Source of the DNA: Balanoglossus misakiensis
Taxonomy: Eukaryota > Animalia > Hemichordata
Assembly: GCA_040954595.2 (NCBI GenBank)
Contig: CM082591.2
Coordinates: 11,177,309 to 11,241,308 of the forward strand
Reading direction: 5' to 3'
Length of the DNA: 64,000 nucleotides
The notes below the pieces were generated by a model. That model searched no databases. It was given only the letters and a program-made list of their open reading frames with translations, and was not told the origin of the DNA. This document shows, piece by piece, positions 23,301 through 37,800 of this stretch; the first letter of the stretch is position 1, and every line of letters starts with the position of its first letter. Position numbers and translations under genes: made by a program.

Positions 23301-25746
23301 AGACCTTAGTTTTGTCCCTTCTTCTCACCTAATTTGCTGTCTTTTCCCACTCTCCGGCACAGACAATGGTCACGTCGCCGCCATTTTGTATGTTGTTAAG
23401 ACAGCATACTGCCTTATAGTATTGACTGTATACAATATTTGTAAGCAGAGTCTCTGGTTTGGCATATGCGCATAAGACAATCGTCGCCACATACCATATA
23501 CAGCGTTGACTTGAAACAATCAGTGATTCACCATATTTCAGTGAACAGAACACATAAATAATCCCTCAAAAGAAAAGCAAATAACCAAAATAATGTCAAA
23601 GGTGGGTGACATTACTCACCTTAATATAAAGAAGTTTGCTTTTGTTGGGTCGAATCGTAATACATGTATTTCATTTTCTCAGTTGTATCGCAAGATATTA
23701 TCAGTGACGTCACTGTCAAATTATATTCGTTGCTAAGGCAAGTTTTTTCTATGAAGACACAATAATCGACAAAACAATACCACAATAACATACCCATAAT
23801 TTCCTCTCATGTTGACGATGGGAGGCAAAATAGAACAAAACATCATTGACAAATACATGTATACCGATATATGTCTCTCTGTCTGTCTCTCCGTCTGTCT
23901 GTTTGTCTGCCTGCATTTCTGTCTGTTTATGTATTTATCTACTGGCCTGCATATCTGTTTCTCTAGGTATGATTTTCTCATCTGCATTTCAGGGTACACT
24001 CACAGGAGAAAACCTGGTAACATTAGAGTACACCTCATCAACTGCAGTCCTACAACAAAACGGTAGTGTTTATCTTGTCTGGGAATCAATTACTAACGCA
24101 GGTAAGTTTATACATGTACAGTAAGTATTGATCTTTGCCAATGATATTCTACCAGGGTTTCATCACAGGGATTTATTCATGTAACGTAGCGAAATACTAA
24201 TGTGATAGAAACTGAATAAGTTTGTTGGCTGTCAGCCTTGTCCCCTTCTTCTGCCTAAAACACGGGGATGGCATGTTATTGCAGAAAATATTTGACACAC
24301 AGTCGCAATAACAATGCTTTTCTTGTGACCTCAAAATACAGGAATGGAACTCCCTGTTATAAACTACGAGAAACATAACGGAAAGAAGTATCAGTATGCC
24401 TTTGGTGTCAGTTGTACAGCAGATTCGGTAAGTTTCTTCAATTATCATGCTAATTTGGCATAACAATCGCGAAGAATTTGGCTCTCGAAGTTTGCAGGGT
24501 ACTTAAAGAATACAGTTATTTGGCCTATATCTGACATTGAACGTTCCAGAATCGGAGAAGAGTACTATAATAGCTGGTCACTATGATGTAATGAAAAAAA
24601 ACATATCTGAGATTTGTAAGGTTTTAATATATAAACAATTTACTTGTAAATTCTATGCAGCATTCTTTTTAACGCATATGGCATATAGCGGGTAAACAGG
24701 GTAACAATAGATGGCTTTGCTAATACTCTTGGTATCCTTCAACGCATATCTCTTCAACACGTATAAATATTCATGAACCTGTAATACTTGATTACTGATT
24801 ACGTCATGGCAGCTCAGAATAGCACTCGTTCGTCTGGTAGTAATGCAACGTCATGTTAATAACATCATTGAGTGTGACTGTTCAATTGCAAAAGGTTAAA
24901 GGCTGATAATTAACGTTCAATTCGCGTCAACCTCTCACCAATGATTTGTTTAAGGGCAGAGTATTCAAGTTTATCTCAAGATTGGGCGCAGTAACCTACG
25001 ATTTTATTCGACCGCTGAATTTAATTTAATTTGACTGAGCTATGTATAAAACTTCATGAAAATGACAAGAGAATTGGGTTTCAAGCAATTCACAATGTAA
25101 TAATATGGCAAGAAATAATTGATTCCACGTGACTGATCGTATTGCGTGTACATCCTTAAATTTAGCAACGTTATAATTGTTCAATGAATAAAACAGTAAT
25201 GCGATTTGAAAATACTTTGTAAATACAGACACTAGTACGCCTACTGCTTATCTTAGGACAGCGTATTCCACGGTCAAAGTGGATGATGTCAAAGTGCCAA
25301 CTTTGACACACTGAGGACGATCTGAAAGATATAATCGGAAACAGGACGCAGAGGTAGATGGATACGTACTCAGCTACTGTAGCTGACTGTTTGCTACATT
25401 GCCCGTATGCGATCTGTTCACTACTTTATTCGTAACTGAAAGTAGCCCCTATTTTCTCAGTATTTTTATGTTTTGCGGCATCAACTGTCTTTTCTTGGTT
25501 CAACTCTGTAAGACACCAAGAATTGCTCAGTATTTGATTTTTCAACACAAACCTTATTATTGCTCAACTATGAATTCAAGTCCGGACATGAATTCATTTG
25601 TCAACAATAACAATGACCGTTACTCATACATAAGGCTCTGTTCAGCAGCTAAACACTGAATATTTCATCCAGGGTAGAAGAAGCCGTAATTGGTACATGG
25701 GAGAAAAATACTGAAAAAGTAAGAGTTATTGTGGTAGACAGACAGG

Positions 25747-25777
<31 letters not shown>

Positions 25778-26875
25778 GGATTGATTGTCGTTAGCAGTTT
25801 TAATATAAATGTTCTATTTTTATTCATTTTTGTAGCTCATAAAAGTTGACTTCGAGACAAAAACATGCAAAGAATGGCGAGACACTGAATATCATTATCC
25901 GGGCGAGGTGGCCTTTGTGGCGGCTCCTGATGCAACCAGTGAAGATGACGGTAAGTTCAAATCAAAATAAACATTTATAAAGCGCCAGAATCAATAACAA
26001 TGTTATTTCCAAAGGCACTGAAAGTTTAACATCAGTGTTCGTAGGCTTTGACAAATAGAAATGTCTTGAGTTTTTGTTTGAAAATGTTGAGACTAGAAGT
26101 CTGTTGAATGTCAGACGGCAGAGAATTCAAAAGTTGTGGCGCAACAACGGAAAGGCACATCCACCATATGTTTTGAGTCTATAGTTTGGTAGGCACAACT
26201 GCTTCCTTGAGCTGGAGCAGAGAGCACGACTAGGCGTATATGGCTTGATCAGATCCTGAATGTAGACTGAGGCAAGGCGGTTGAGAGCCTTGTACGTTAG
26301 TAGTAGAATTGTGTAGTCAAATCTGTGTCGAACTGGCAACCAATGGAGACTACGAAGAACTGGTGAAATGTGGTTAGATTTTCTCGTGCGGGTAATAATT
26401 CTGGCTGCAGTATTTTGTGCTTTTGAAGTAGATTGATTCTGGATTCAGGAAGTCCGTATAGCAATGCATTGCAGTGTGTAACACACTTTGACGTCACAGA
26501 CAACAACGAAAATAATGATATATAGACATAGGAACCGTGTGAATAAATTGAGGCATGTCAATTTAACATTGAAGTTAGTACTTCAGCTATCTACTAGCAA
26601 ACAACATCATCCACAGTTTTGAAACGTTTTAAAGTGTATATTTTACTCTTTGCAAAATAACATGAACATATTCCTATCCATCCATTCCTTTCTTACGCTG
26701 TGAATTTTTCTGTTCTCTTACAGGCGTCGTTATATCCTGCATTCTGACGACTCGTAACGATATGCCGCCATATTTGCTTATTTTAGACGGTAAAACGTTT
26801 GAAGAAATCGCCCGAGCCGAAGTTTCTGTTGCCATGGGATTCGGCCTGCATGCTATGTTTCTGAAAAATATATAA
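20345..26875 (+). CDS. Carotenoid cleavage oxygenase (BCO1/BCO2/RPE65/NinaB family), 8 exons, 518 aa
   Basis: Exons 20345-20438, 21146-21546, 21927-22068, 22600-23057, 23993-24101, 24342-24427, 25836-25950 and 26724-26875 splice in frame (1557 nt). Motifs GSFLRNGPG, FDG, EFGT..PDPCR, SEDDG. Four Fe-binding His in AHPH, YFHSF, FHHVN and GLHAMF. Confidence 0.95.
21687..21833 (+). mobile_element. Truncated copy of the TTAA-AGGGACAAAGTCTC MITE
   Basis: Matches the left part of the copies at 29026 and 40087. Confidence 0.75.
25960..26480 (-). mobile_element. 3' fragment of a CR1/L2-group LINE
   Basis: Frameshifted CNALLYGLP..HISPVLRSLHWLPVRHRFDYTILLLTYKAL..KTYG, typical of the post-RT ORF2 C-terminus. 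Confidence 0.8.
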
Positions 26876-27259
26876 TAGTAATGTTTATGATTCATTCACA
26901 AGTCAAGTGGACTTCAATGTCACGTGTTCTTGTACATAACCAGGGGGGTAACGAAAGACATACAAGTATTCCCTGTGTCAGACTGAAGCGATCTGATATT
27001 TACACATATTTAATTAATAGAGGGGGTACACGAAGAGTGAAAAGGGGAGTTGCACTGAGATAAGGCCTAACGGAGTTACCTGAATTAACTTCGTCGACAG
27101 AAAAAGAGATACTGTTGTTTTTGATGACTGGATGTTCCGCTACCGGTTTCGTGAACGGAAATTAACTCTGTCGCATCCAATGTTCAGATGATACGGTTGA
27201 CAGCATTTTTGGATGATATTAGTTGGTATTCTTCATTCTTTCTGTTTAAATCATCCCGT

Positions 27260-27600
27260 AATTGGTCCTGGTGTTCTTGTATTTCATGTGCTTGCGTCGT
27301 TCGCTTACTTGATGTTATAAGCGTTTCAGATCCGGAGTAAGATTTTCATTGATGTAAATTCTGTTCGTGGCATGTGGATCCAAAATTGGATGACTCATTG
27401 TTTTGTCACTTAAATGACGCCTACATTGATAGATTTTATTACGGATTGTTATTCTTGTAAATTTTGCGACGATTGCTGATGGCTGATGTTGCACTGACAC
27501 TTGGGTTTGCCGTCAGCGGGACAGACGATGGCTAACACGCATATAGGCTACTTAAATATCAATTCTCTGATAATATTAGAAACGTTTTCTTCCAATCATT
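27260..27600 (-). mobile_element. LINE ORF1 C-terminal fragment
   Basis: PSAIVAKFTR..RIYINENLTP motif. Confidence 0.6.
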
Positions 27601-27720
27601 CACAAGATGTGACAACTCACAATCTAGAACAAATCAGGCCATGACAAAAATTTACCTGTACACGAGACAATGTTGGAGAATAAGCACTCACTTTCTTACA
27701 TCCAGATGCGTGGTTTCCAA

Positions 27721-27874
27721 TAGCCCTTCTCACAGCCCTTCTCGCCGTCCATGCAGGCTTACAGTCTGATTGCATGTCGCTACACAACACAATATGGGAC
27801 TTCTCCTTTGCCAAATGGTTGAGGGCGAGTCAATGAAGAGCCTTGTAGCAAACCGTGGGCTGTGAGAGAGTCTA
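27721..27874. mobile_element. AcademH-like MITE
   Basis: TAG..CTA termini and 9-bp TSD GGTTTCCAA. Same family as 51031-51171, in opposite orientation. Confidence 0.8.
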
Positions 27875-28031
27875 GGTTTCCAAGTGTACACGACAATAAA
27901 ATACAAGAGTGATGTAATGCAAGCACAGTTTAATACACAAACGACAAGAAGAGAATTACAGAATAGTCAGACAACAAAACTGTCTCATTATTTCAAACGA
28001 AAACGAAACCAGCGTGTGACGGTAGCAACAT

Positions 28032-31000
28032 TTATAGTGACGTCGTCATCCGTTTCAGATTATTATTCACCAAGGTTGCCTGTAAATCTTCAAGATGTTT
28101 TTGTTTCCTCAGGTGACGAATTAACTTCATAGAATACATAAGACCCAGCAACTGAAATAAATAAACTCAGCAGAGTTACGATGGCAACCTGTGACTGTGT
28201 TGAAGCAGGCTGAGGCAGGAATGATTCAATGACTAAATAAAATTTAACGTCATCAAAACATTACAGGCCTCTAATTATTAAATTTGGATAACATTATGGT
28301 GTTTGGCAGCATTACCAAATAAGATACACGCGGAGAAAAAACATACTAATTTTTTTGCTACACAGGTAAACCAAAAGCCTAAATTATTTGAATTAAATTT
28401 TCTTACAGACACTGTGCGACTTGACTGAGTCCAAAGTGATTAACGGGGGTTTACTCAATACGGCGGTGTAGCATCGGCGCTGGGCCTGGGCCGATGTAGA
28501 AAAACAAACATGGACACGCTAAGTTTGGTCCCGGTAGGAAGGGGGATCAAGACCGACGTAAAATCTTGGCCGACTTAAAGGTATACGGTCACCTATGCAA
28601 ATTTAGCTTCAGTTACCATGGTAAATTGAGATCTAACCAATCACAGATTTTCAGTGGGTGGCACACGTGAAAAAAGAGCGCCGTCGCGTCGTACGTTCTT
28701 TAGAACACTCAAATATGCCATTTCATCAACATATACCTTTGCGCATGTGGACACGTTCCACACAGAGCACCACTCCAACTTACCTGTATCACCCCCATGA
28801 TGAGTATCATGGTGTATATAACAACGACAAACAGCCTGGCTTTGTTTGATAATGCATCTATGCAGCCCTGTAGAACACAACGAATATGAAATTCATATAT
28901 ATTTTCGCTATATGCAAATTGCACTCATTTATCTACAAAGCATATTCAATGACGGATGCCGATCAGGATAGCGGGAATCGTTTAACGTGCTTCAAAATCA
29001 AAGAGAAAGCTACTTAGTCATTTAAAGGGACAAAGTCTCTCTCTCACTGCACCTTTTACCATTAATTATGTTTGATACAAGACACCGTTTATGTTATTCT
29101 ACATGTGGATATACAGTGAATCAACGTTCGGCCACACACAACTTCCATCCCTTTTGTAGGATATGAGAGTAAACATCTCGCCAAAATGAATAAAAGGTAA
29201 ACACCGATTATTCATTTTTGTGAGTTTTTCACTCTCGTGTCTACAAGTGAGATGGAAGGTGTGTGTGGTTGAACGTTAATTTACTATATTCCCACACGTA
29301 CATTAACATAAACGGTGTCTTGTATCAAACATAATTAATGGAAAAGTGGCAGCAAGAGGGAGACTTTGTCCCTTTAAATAAGACAGACTGTGGTGACAAG
29401 TAAAATAACAGGTGTTTTGTAAACAGTTAAGGATGGAAAAGAGAGTACAGTCGATGAAGGTGGCAAAATAGTGTGCAATAAAACATAACTCTCACCTGTG
29501 AATAGACGTCTATTGTCAGTCTATTGTCACAATAGTAACAGTAACAACTCTGAGGTGGTGTATTTTCCCAATCGTCCGGACCATCGGCTCCACAACATTC
29601 AAACTGGATGTAAAATTAAGAGTTGCTTTAAAATATGCCAATCAAACTTTCATACAATTTTAATGTCATGTGCCCTCGAAAGGAAAACTCTAAAACACGT
29701 CTAATTGTTACCATAGCTACCTATAGTTGCTAGACAAATTACTATGCCAAAACACAGTAAATAATTACAATAGACTTGATGTTCCCATGACCTAATCAGC
29801 GATCAACTCACATATGTGTGAGGGGGCTAAGTGAATTGAAATGAATCCAGTTATATATAAATAAATAAAGGAGTGTAGAAGCCGATCAGCATGATTGCTA
29901 AAAGTTCAACTTAAAGCCAATCAGGAGACCCTGCAGGCTGAAGAAGACAACAACAACAACAAACCCGGTTCTGTAGCCAATCAATAAGCGGAGCATTTGC
30001 TGAATCTTCGTTGCTGTCCACATCTCTGATCATACCAGACAGGGTTGACTTTATTGTCTGGGTCAACTGAAATATTGAAGAACAAATACATTTGAATTTG
30101 ATCCAGGAATCTCTTGCATTATTTCAAATGACGAAACTCTTATTAATATCTAGCCACTGTACTGTGATTTATTGTTTACATATACAACTGTTTAATGTCA
30201 CCCCGAAAACAAAAATCTGTTCATTTCAATTGAAAGTACTCGTCAAATTACACTCCATTAACTGCATTTGTCATTTGTGGTAAAAATGTCATTTGTCCAA
30301 ATTGTTTTTATATAAAATCACGTGATACAATGTTACTTTCTTTTTGCTACGGGTACTTCTGAAACTGTAGAGCAGTCCAAACGCATGTGTTGCGGCCAAA
30401 CAGAACAGGACAGAATACCAGTACATGTATAATGAAAATGAAATGAAATAAAATAAAATATAAAAGGAATACATACCTTTTCTCTGTTAGCTACCATGAT
30501 AACTCCTACTGCTAGTTCTGACAACATCAGAATGGCAAGCACAGCAAAATACTGAAAAAAACACGTTGGGACAAAGTTAAAGATCACATAGGGGTCTTGG
30601 AAGTAACCATTTATATCATTGAATCAAGAACTATGAAAAAATTGACATTTAACTGTAAAAACGGTGGGCTAAAGGATTATCTGGATTTGTTTTGGCTCGG
30701 CGGCAGTGGTGTAAAAATTAGGGGGGGGGGGGGTTCAACGTAACAATAATCTGACGTCGACGCTGCATTTGTTAACATCATCGCAACACAGATCTTGGAC
30801 TTACCCATAACAATATACATGGCTTCTCTGATTTGGTGGCGACGCAGCCAACGATTCCCATGACAGACACCCACAGGCTGATTGTAATACTGCCATAGAT
30901 GACCAATTGAAACCCAGAACCACCAAACTCATCAAGATGGATGCCATATTTGATGTAAATACATAGTGCCAAAACACTCACACCTGACACCTGTAATTGA

Positions 31001-32194
31001 TAAACATGACATATGAAAGACTGTCAGAAAAGTAATGGTAGTTTTTTGGATAATAATTTCAGCCTCGAAAATCACTCTTTGCTGGGTCATGTGACTTCCA
31101 CAGCCAAAAGCGATATCGATACAAGCGATCAAAACTCCTAGTACAATGAAACGTCAATTTATCATCATGAAGTTTAAGGGCGGCGATCGTTTTATGCGCA
31201 TGTTCTAAACTATAGTCTCTGGTTACAAAAATGGCGTGTAGTCAATGTCATAAGACAGTGTGCTGTCCTAACAACAGACAAGATGGCAGCGACCATAGTC
31301 TGTGTTGGAGACTGGGTAAAGACAGCAAACTGGGAGAAAAGACGGGACAAAACTAAAGTCTACTTATACGGTGTGCATGAAATATGGAAGGAAGCGAGGA
31401 CAGTCCACTATATGAATGCATCGAACACAAAATTTGCAAAAAATTTTGATTGGACGTAATGTTGGTTACACGAAATTACGCACATGCGCATAAGACGATC
31501 GTCGGCCTTTAATGGCAGCAGAGAGTTGGATATGATTCGTTTGGGTTAAAACAATCGTCGATTTACCCGTCGCTGTTTCAATCTAGAGCAACACAGGGTC
31601 ATGAAATTTACCAAACTCGTGATGACAGAGTTGCAACTAAAACAAATTCCATGTTCCCTGCACGTAGTTGAAATAAAACATACACATATAGCAATCCGGC
31701 TGTTGTTAGGTCAGTGGGCGGTAGATGTGTACAGTAGTATGTGGTCATCATGATTCAAAATTTCGAAAATACGCTTGACATGCTAATGGCACATTTGCTG
31801 GTGCGACCATGGTGCGACTGATGTAACAAAGACATACGCGTATTTTGCAGCTCGTGGATAACAACAGCGAGAATAAGATACTTAAGACTGCCAATCGTTC
31901 ACAGAGCGAAACACAGAAATCGATAAGGGCGAAAGGATTCAATTTTTAAAAACGCGCGACAAATCAGCGGAAATCATTTACGAAATGATAATCCCATAAG
32001 ATCTTAGCTTCAATGTGGTCCACTCGACCGTCCAATGCAGAGATGTAGTGTTGAGTTGACTGCGATACTATGTGTACACCCTTGACAATTGTAAACTGTG
32101 GTGATAGCGTACTTACCAGTTGAGTTGTATTGAAGATATACAGAAAGACTTTGATACAGTTAGTCTGAAAATGAAGTACACTGTTGGCCGGCAT
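28032..32194 (-). CDS. Divergent tetraspanin, 7 coding exons, 250 aa
   Basis: Exons 32194-32117, 30990-30805, 30551-30477, 30066-29965, 29603-29496, 28867-28784 and 28151-28032, all phase 0 with GT-AG introns. Four TM segments; DWLQ, FECCG, PQSC and GC motifs. Confidence 0.88.
29026..29373. mobile_element. Kolobok-like MITE with TTAA TSD
   Basis: TIR agggacaaagtct / agactttgtccct with TTAA on both sides. Strongly self-complementary. Confidence 0.85.
31178..31508. mobile_element. Second TTAA-flanked MITE family
   Basis: TTAA|gggcggcgatcgttttatgcgcatg..catgcgcataagacgatcgtcggcct|TTAA. Relatives at about 55606-55935, 62270-62504 and, inverted, 23250-23490. Confidence 0.75.
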
Positions 32195-33438
32195 GATGGA
32201 ACAATCGCTGCTGACCTGTCACCTATTTGGTGAAGGTAACTGGGATCTTCCACAGCGTGATTCAGTGATTTGCATTTGATATTCTCTGACGTCATACAGC
32301 GCCACGTCTTGGCCGATGTGCAACGCTTTGGAAGGTCTGTTGATTGGCTGCAATTTGTCCACCTGTTTGAAAGGTGGGTGCACTCAAGTATTGACCAATC
32401 ATGTGAGGCCTTACACATTACCCATCTGCACACCAGTTTCACGCTCCTCAAAACGTGTTCCCGTCTCGTCACATCTCAATCGATACCCCGACCAGACGAA
32501 TGCATCCTACCAATTATAAAGGGAGACGTGACACCAGCCCCCCACGTCTAAGGAAGGCCATGCACGAAAAATGTGCTTTGGTGTCCTTGTTGTGACATTT
32601 CTCTCTTTCACCGAAGAGGGTGTGTTTTGAGAACCATTCGCTGACTTCCACATGACAAAACGCGTTATTAAAATAATAAGGAGATTTATTGTGCGCCTAA
32701 TCTCTTTGAGCTAGGCGCAAGGCTCAAATAGAGCACTCTTTAGGATGTGACTTGAAAAGGCGTGTTTTAAGAGTAGATCAAAAAGAGACTAAAGATTGTG
32801 TGTGACGGAGATTATATCAGGTAGAATTATCCAAGTTATGGGACTTGTATAGGAAAATGATCTTTCACTGAAGGCTTTTTGTGACAGCACGAGGCACTTT
32901 GTAACTCGTGTAAAAACAGCTTTACAGGATAAATGCTTTATTGTATAATAATGAATAAATATATCAATATACAAATCAATTATTGCATGTAAATCACATT
33001 TGCCCGGGTAGACGGTAAGTGACTATTCATTGACCAATCTGATTAGAATCTGCTACATGTAGCTAAACTTGTTGATTTCCGTGAGTCAAAACAGGACGCG
33101 GGGGGGGGGGGGCATCGCTGCATCATCTATATGCATAAACTTGGTGTGAAAATAATTTTAGTTTGGCACGATTCCCGAAGTGGACATTAAACTTTGCATG
33201 TGTGGTAAAATGCATCAACGTTGTGGGACAAGTTTTTTCTATCATGAAAGGTAATTCTAAACAATGAGTCCTCTCTGTTGCACTATACTCAAATTGTTTT
33301 AACACCCCTTAAAAGACATAATATATGCAGTAATCGCTATGTTGTTGTATTCCCCTTGTAAACTACCTACATGACCAGTGTCATTTCTCGCGAAACTACC
33401 GGTATATATTTGCATATTATCGTATCGTTTCGTATCCC

Positions 33439-33492
33439 ATCACATCACATCACATCACATCACATCATATCACATAACAATAACATATCACA
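33439..33492 (+). repeat. (ATCAC)n microsatellite
   Basis: catcacatcacatcacatcacatcac. Confidence 0.8.
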
Positions 33493-34816
33493 GTTCATAG
33501 AACTTATATCTCATATCTTAAAGAAGGGATATACATGTATAAGTATCTAGTATAATTAGTTCAACACAAGTAAACCAACGGCACCAAATCGCCTAGCTAA
33601 GGGAATTTAAAAATGACTGGGCACATCTCCATTCCTTCAACCCCGAGAATGCGAAGAAACCCAAATGGGACAAATTTCTGTGTCAACGAAAGCACATTCT
33701 TTGAAGCTAATATTCATAACTTTTAATCATTCTTTTGTTTGAAGCAACACGAGATTCACTCCTATCTTAAGCTAGATTCCTGAATGTACTGAACCTAAGT
33801 TCATAGCTGCTGTGTGAACATGGAGTAGATTTTCTTCCAAGCAGCCGTAAGTCGTGTGCATATATATCGCATGACGTCACAGCCATGACACTCGGGGAAC
33901 ATTTTCTGTCCCTTCTTGAATACTAGTACAGTAGTAGGGGCAGCTTTGAAAAGGTTACTTGCATATAATACGGTGTGATGATACAGAAAAATTGGATATG
34001 CATTTTGAAAACTATCGTCGTGCTATATAGCTATTTTGGCAAAGTTTATGATAGTAAATCTCAATTTTGTGAGTTTGGCTAAAAATATTGTAAGCTTAAT
34101 ACTTCTCGATTATTCTACGCTTCAACATCATAGTGAAGAACGTAAGTTAGCATTCAGTGGTATAAAGTAAGAGTGCGTTAACTTAGATTTTAGAATAAAA
34201 CTTTCCAATAAATTAGCAAATATGTCACGATTTGCATGGATTACATACAAATGGCCATTTTGGGAGGCTATTGATGATTAACTGAAGTGGTCAATCCCTC
34301 AAAAGTTATCATATATATTTCTTTTGTCTTCAATGGGGGAATCAGTATCCATGTTTGACAAACCATGGGCAACTAGTTTCCTTTGAACTGTTTTGTATGG
34401 CTGGGGACAAATCTGTTGGATTTTTTAAATAGAAAAAATGCATACTCCTCTCAATCTATCACAATTGTCTAAAACATGTAACATGAGAAAAGTTTTTAAA
34501 ATCGATAAAATTAATCTGCTAATTGTCTGAATATAGGAGATATGACCGACTTCAACCAGGAAACGCCAATGATACAAATCTGAATAATTATTGTGTTGTA
34601 ACCACAATCGAATTAAGTGACCACGCATATCAATCAATTTCGAGCCGACTTCTGAAATCATGTCCACACTGTATTTGTCATTCTCAATAGTATCAAAATT
34701 GAATATATGTGGGTTGGTACGTTATAATACACAGAAGTTGGATGGGATCTCGCCAGATGACCAAAAAAGTCTAATGTGTAAATTGTATGAGCTCTTCCAA
34801 AAGAGAGTGTGTTTCA

Positions 34817-37800
34817 TTATACGTAGGCCGATCTTCCACTCTTCCTGATATTGCAACATAACAGCACTGAAAATATCATGCCAAGTATCTGTAAAGAGAA
34901 AATGACAAGATTCGGGTTGCAAAAAGACCAGAAAGTAAATATTAGTACTATTTTATACAATTTGGCAGTTTGGTTTTCAAAAACGGTTTGCGTTTTTCGA
35001 CAATAGGCTGTTGACGTAATTTCAAATAATGTCTTTCTGGACAATCTGCCTATACTAGATAAAACCAAGCGGTTACCACGCATGCGTGTGCACATCCAAA
35101 TGTATGCAGAAGGACCTACGAATTTGCGAAAAATTATTAATATGACAACTATCGTGTGAACTAAATGATGTAATGCATGGAGTGATCAATTGCAATATTG
35201 TTTTGTAATACCTTCAAATAATTATTACTGGTATAATTTGTATTTCCAATAAGGATATACCTACCGGTTAATTTATATTTAAAGCATGGTTGTGGAAACT
35301 ATCAAATATGGGCTATTGAAGTAATTTCAAACAATGTCTTTGGGGAAAACGCTCTTATTCGATCAAACTCGACGGTTACCACGGCAACGTGTTGGACCTC
35401 CAACTGTATGTTGGCGAATATATATCAATCAGTATCCAGGATATCTTTATGAAGATTGAAGCATTTTTTTCTCTCAGAAGCATCTTATGTGCATCATACA
35501 AAATCTGACAGACAGTTATGTTTAAGATATTCACAATATGACACGGTATTTGGTATATTTGGTAATGGTTACAACTGTGATATCCTGATTGATAATTAAC
35601 AGAAATGAAAAATTCTTGGCATCTTAAAATCTCTACTGGTACCTAAAATACAAATTGACAGTAGAACCGGGTTAACATACAGAACAGTGACAGAACAATC
35701 GTTGTCACCGTTGCTTCCTGATAACAAAAGTGGAATAAAATTGTTATAACATCTTCTTACCTGGATTAGTCCTACAGCAATGCTAACACCGCCAATGATG
35801 TACAAATTTCGTTCCAGAAACGTAAACACTGCCAGTGTACAACCCTGAAGACAACAACAAATCGAGGAATTACCATTTTCTCAAATCCTTACAACTTGGA
35901 TTCGTTTTTGGTAAAAAGAAGAGCTCTACGCAGTGTGCAACCGTCAGTCATATGAGGGCGCTCCGGCAATGCCAATGTAAAGGGTCAAAGGCACATCGGA
36001 GCGCCCGCACACGACTCAATCTTTCAGTCTATGGTTTACTATGAACAACGCATTTAATCAATGTTTAACTAAACCAGGTGAAAAATAGATAAAGAACGCC
36101 TTATTACAATGTACATCATAGCACCAAATAATGTTACTTTCATCACAAACTTGTGAACTATACCGTGAAGTAAATACATGAAATTATGCAATAACCGCTC
36201 CCCCGCCTGCGGCTCGTGCATATAGGTCTTGAATGGTGCTATATATCGTGGTATACCTGCCCTCGGCAGGGGTTACAATGCACTGAGAAATTCAATTGCG
36301 AATTTAGGCCCAACCCCTTGGGTGTAATTTGGGGCGCCCTCTATGTAGTGGGGCTTCCCGCCTTCCGCAGAGAAGTTGCTACATTTGTAGGGCTTCCGCC
36401 ATCTTGCAGAGTTACTGGAGCAGTCGCTCGCTCAACACAACTTCTCCCGAAACCCGTCTTTTTCGACGCTACATCATCACAATATGTCCTATCACTCAGA
36501 TAACAAAACTCTCCCACGGTCCGACAGGCGGACTCCGAACTGCTCTGGCTGCAAGCAAGCAGTAAAAGGGCATCGCGCTCTTGGATTGCAGCCAGGCCCA
36601 AACTGCACAAGCGTGCCCCAACCACAAGGCACAGATGGAAGCTCTGCCATTCCCACCCCATCCGTCGTTGTCGAACAGACTGTCGACTCATCCCAGTTCG
36701 AAGACCTACAAGCCAGACAGGCCGAACTGTTACAGGAAAAGCAATTCCTACTGCAGAAACGAGAGCAGCGTGTATTACAGACCTGCATCTCAGAACTAGA
36801 ACACGAAGTCGCCACCCTCCGAGGGCAGGATGTCACCACAAGTCCCACGCAACTCCCTCCATCGACCCCATTTTCGTCGGGCAACGGCGGTCCACCAACA
36901 CTGGACACCCCTCGTCGAAACCCAGCGGCCAATCAAGCAGTCGACGCACAACTCTCTCATATCGTGAATTCCGCATGGCCGACGTCCATCGGACAGTTTA
37001 CTCGTGCTGAATGGCCGATCGCCCATATGTCACAAGGTAAGCCAGGAAAGCATCCTCGTGACACTCAAGCCCCCAGCTCCGCAGACGAATCCAAAGTGAA
37101 ACGGCCACATTTGCGCCTACCTCGCAAAACATTCGACAACTTAACCATCCCACAACTGGTCAAAGGCGAATTAGAAATAATCAACTCCGTCTACCTGCCC
37201 ATCTCGTCTGAGGAACGCGCTCCCAGATTACTGCATCTCCAGAACTTAATGAGACTCGCTCATAAGCACGATTGGATAGACGTACTGAATTTCCACGGTA
37301 CCATCTTAGAAAAGATACAAAGCGCAGAACTACGTTGGCAAGACTGCTTCGACCGTTATGAAAAAGAACTTCTCTCACCCGACACCCTGAAATCCGTCAA
37401 ACAAGGCACTGATCGCGGCAAGAAACAGGCCGTCAAGAAGAGCGATATTTGTTACAAGTACAACTTCCAGACATGCGAATGGGGCGACAAGTGTTTTAGA
37501 CGTTACATCTGATATCGCTGTTTCAAAATTAACAACACAGCCACACCTCACAGCGGCAAAGACTGCCACCTCGCCACCAGCAAGAAGAATGACACCCCCA
37601 AATAGTAATACACCTATTTCGGATTGAACTTCAGTCGTTGGGTTGCATCCCACGTTCACAGAGACTACATTGTGTTCTCTCTCTTCCTCACAGAACATTC
37701 CGTACACTTCTGCATCGGAAGAATTTTCTAGCGCTCGGTTACCGTCCAACGCTAACATTCGGGCTTCCTGGTCCCATACACCACGCCCTTCATGTATCTC

